A DNA stretch of 64,000 nt, taken from Mobula hypostoma (lineage: Eukaryota). Below, one piece after another: positions 62,365 through 64,000 of this stretch (position 1 is the stretch's first letter; every line of letters starts with the position of its first letter). The notes below the pieces were generated by a model that was not told the origin of the DNA, made no database searches, and saw nothing but the letters and a program-made list of their open reading frames with translations. Position numbers and translations under genes: made by a program. The stretch covers positions 3,598,001 through 3,662,000 of the forward strand of contig NC_086109.1 in NCBI RefSeq assembly GCF_963921235.1. The letters run 5' to 3'.

Positions 62365-63040
62365 AAAGTCAAGTCAAGCTTATCGTCATTTAGCTAAATA
62401 CATGTGTACCGTCAAATGAGACGTTTCTCCAGACCAGGATCTAAAGCATGGTAGTACACAAAACACACGTATTACACACAATAACTTAGGAAAGTAAGAA
62501 TTAAATCTACAAATGAATTACACACAGATAAGCAAAGTAAAGTACAAAAATAAAATATTCTACTGTGTGGAACAAATTAACCGGTGACACTTTGAAGGTG
62601 ATGTGGTGGGGAGTTCAGAGCCAAATGGCCTGAGGAAAGAAGCTGTTTGCCTTCCTGACTGTTCTTCTCTTTATGCATCGGAGTCTCCTGCCTGATGGTA
62701 GAAAGTCAAAGAGGATGCTGGATGGATGGATGGGATCCTTGATAACGTTAAGGGCCCCGTGTATCCAGTGTTCCTGATAAATGTCTTTGATGGATGGTAG
62801 GGACTTCCGACCCGATACTCTGCTGCTCCCAGACCAGATGGAGGTGCAGGACACTCTGAAAGGTGCTTCTATAAAATTCAGTTAAGATGGGGGAGAGCCT
62901 CGCTCGCCTCAATCTCCTCAGGAAGTGGAGGCACTGCGGTGCCTTCCTGTTCAGGGAGGTAACACTGAGGGACCAGGTGAGGTCGTCCGTGCTATGACCT
63001 CCTGGGAACTCGGTGCACTTAACTCTGTACGGAGGAGCCA
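62365..63040 (-). mobile_element. Rex/Babar 3' fragment
   Basis: LHFLRRLRRA...IKDPIHPSSILFDFLPSGRRLR...NSFFPQAI. Confidence 0.8.
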
Positions 63041-63360
63041 TGTATGCGTAGAGGGAGATGGTTCACTGTGAAATGTGGCTCACACAAGATCCTAAGGGCT
63101 CTGGGCAGGGTGGGTTTGGGAAAGACTGTACCTCTTGTGGGAAAGTCTAGAACCAGGAGTCAATGAAAGGGTCACCCATCTGAGTCAGGGATGAAGTGAT
63201 CTTCTCTCTGAAGGTTGTGAGTTTTGCCCTCATCTCCAAAGATTATATTGTAGTCCCACCACATTCATGCCAACCTTGTTGCCAATACTAATCCAATTTA
63301 CCCATGTTAGGACCAGTAAATCTGTAAAGAAGGTCAGGCAGGAGCAAGGTTATAGACACA

Positions 63361-64000
63361 ATGGGATGGATGGGTTGGATGGGATGGATGGGTTAGATGG
63401 GATAGATAGGTTGGATGGGATGGATGGGTTGGATAGTTTGGATGGGATGGATGGGTTGGATGGGATGGATGGGTTGGATTGGATGGATGGGATGGATGGG
63501 TTGGATGGGATGGATGGGTTGGATGGGATGGATGGGTTGGACGGGATGGATGGGTTGGACGGGGTGGATGGGTTGGACGGGGTGGATGGGTTGGACGGGG
63601 TGGATGGGTTGGACAGCATGGATGGGTTGGATGGGGTGGATGGGATGGACGGGTTGGATGGGTTAGATGGGATGGATGGGTTGGATGGGATGGATGGGTT
63701 GGATAGGATGGATGGGTTGGATGAGGTGGATAGGTTGGATGGGATGGATGGGTTGGACGGGATGGATGGGTTGGACGGGGTGGTTGGGTTGGACAGGATG
63801 GATGGGTTGGACAGGATGGATGGGATGGACGGGATGGATGGGTTGGATGGGTTGGATGGGTTAGATGGGATGGATGGGTTGAATGGGGTGGATGGGGTGG
63901 ATAGGTTGGATGGGATGGATGGGTTGGATGGGTTAGATGGGATGGATGGGGTGGATGGGTTGGATAGGATGGATGGGTTGGATGGGGTGGATAGGTTGGA
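63361..64000. repeat. G-rich 9/18-bp satellite (GGATGGGTT GGATGGGAT)n, runs off the window end
   Basis: Directly visible; gives the WMG/NPSIPS pseudo-ORFs. Confidence 0.95.

Overview
Eukaryotic, repeat-dense genomic DNA. The repeat repertoire (HE1-like V-SINEs, CR1, Rex/Babar, RTE, Penelope-like elements) points to a cartilaginous fish, probably a ray; this is inference. I can support only one host coding exon: a 135-nt phase-0 exon at 45866-46000 (+) encoding the end of a class-A plexin Sema domain, best resembling PLXNA2. The rest looks like two very large introns filled with decayed transposons, minisatellites and a few repeat-free islands. Most ORF-track entries are transposon fragments or chance ORFs. 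The most interesting signal is a family of Penelope-like (GIY-YIG) insertions whose terminal repeat carries a minimal hammerhead-ribozyme motif. Several are inverted or palindromic with 9-15 bp target-site duplications (TSDs), a fixed ~38-nt tail asymmetry and junctions inside the ribozyme motif, and one encloses a copy of its own flanking DNA. There is also a candidate stop-containing alternative plexin exon at 45341-45460. Repeat family names come from motif recognition, not a database search, and boundaries without a TSD are approximate.
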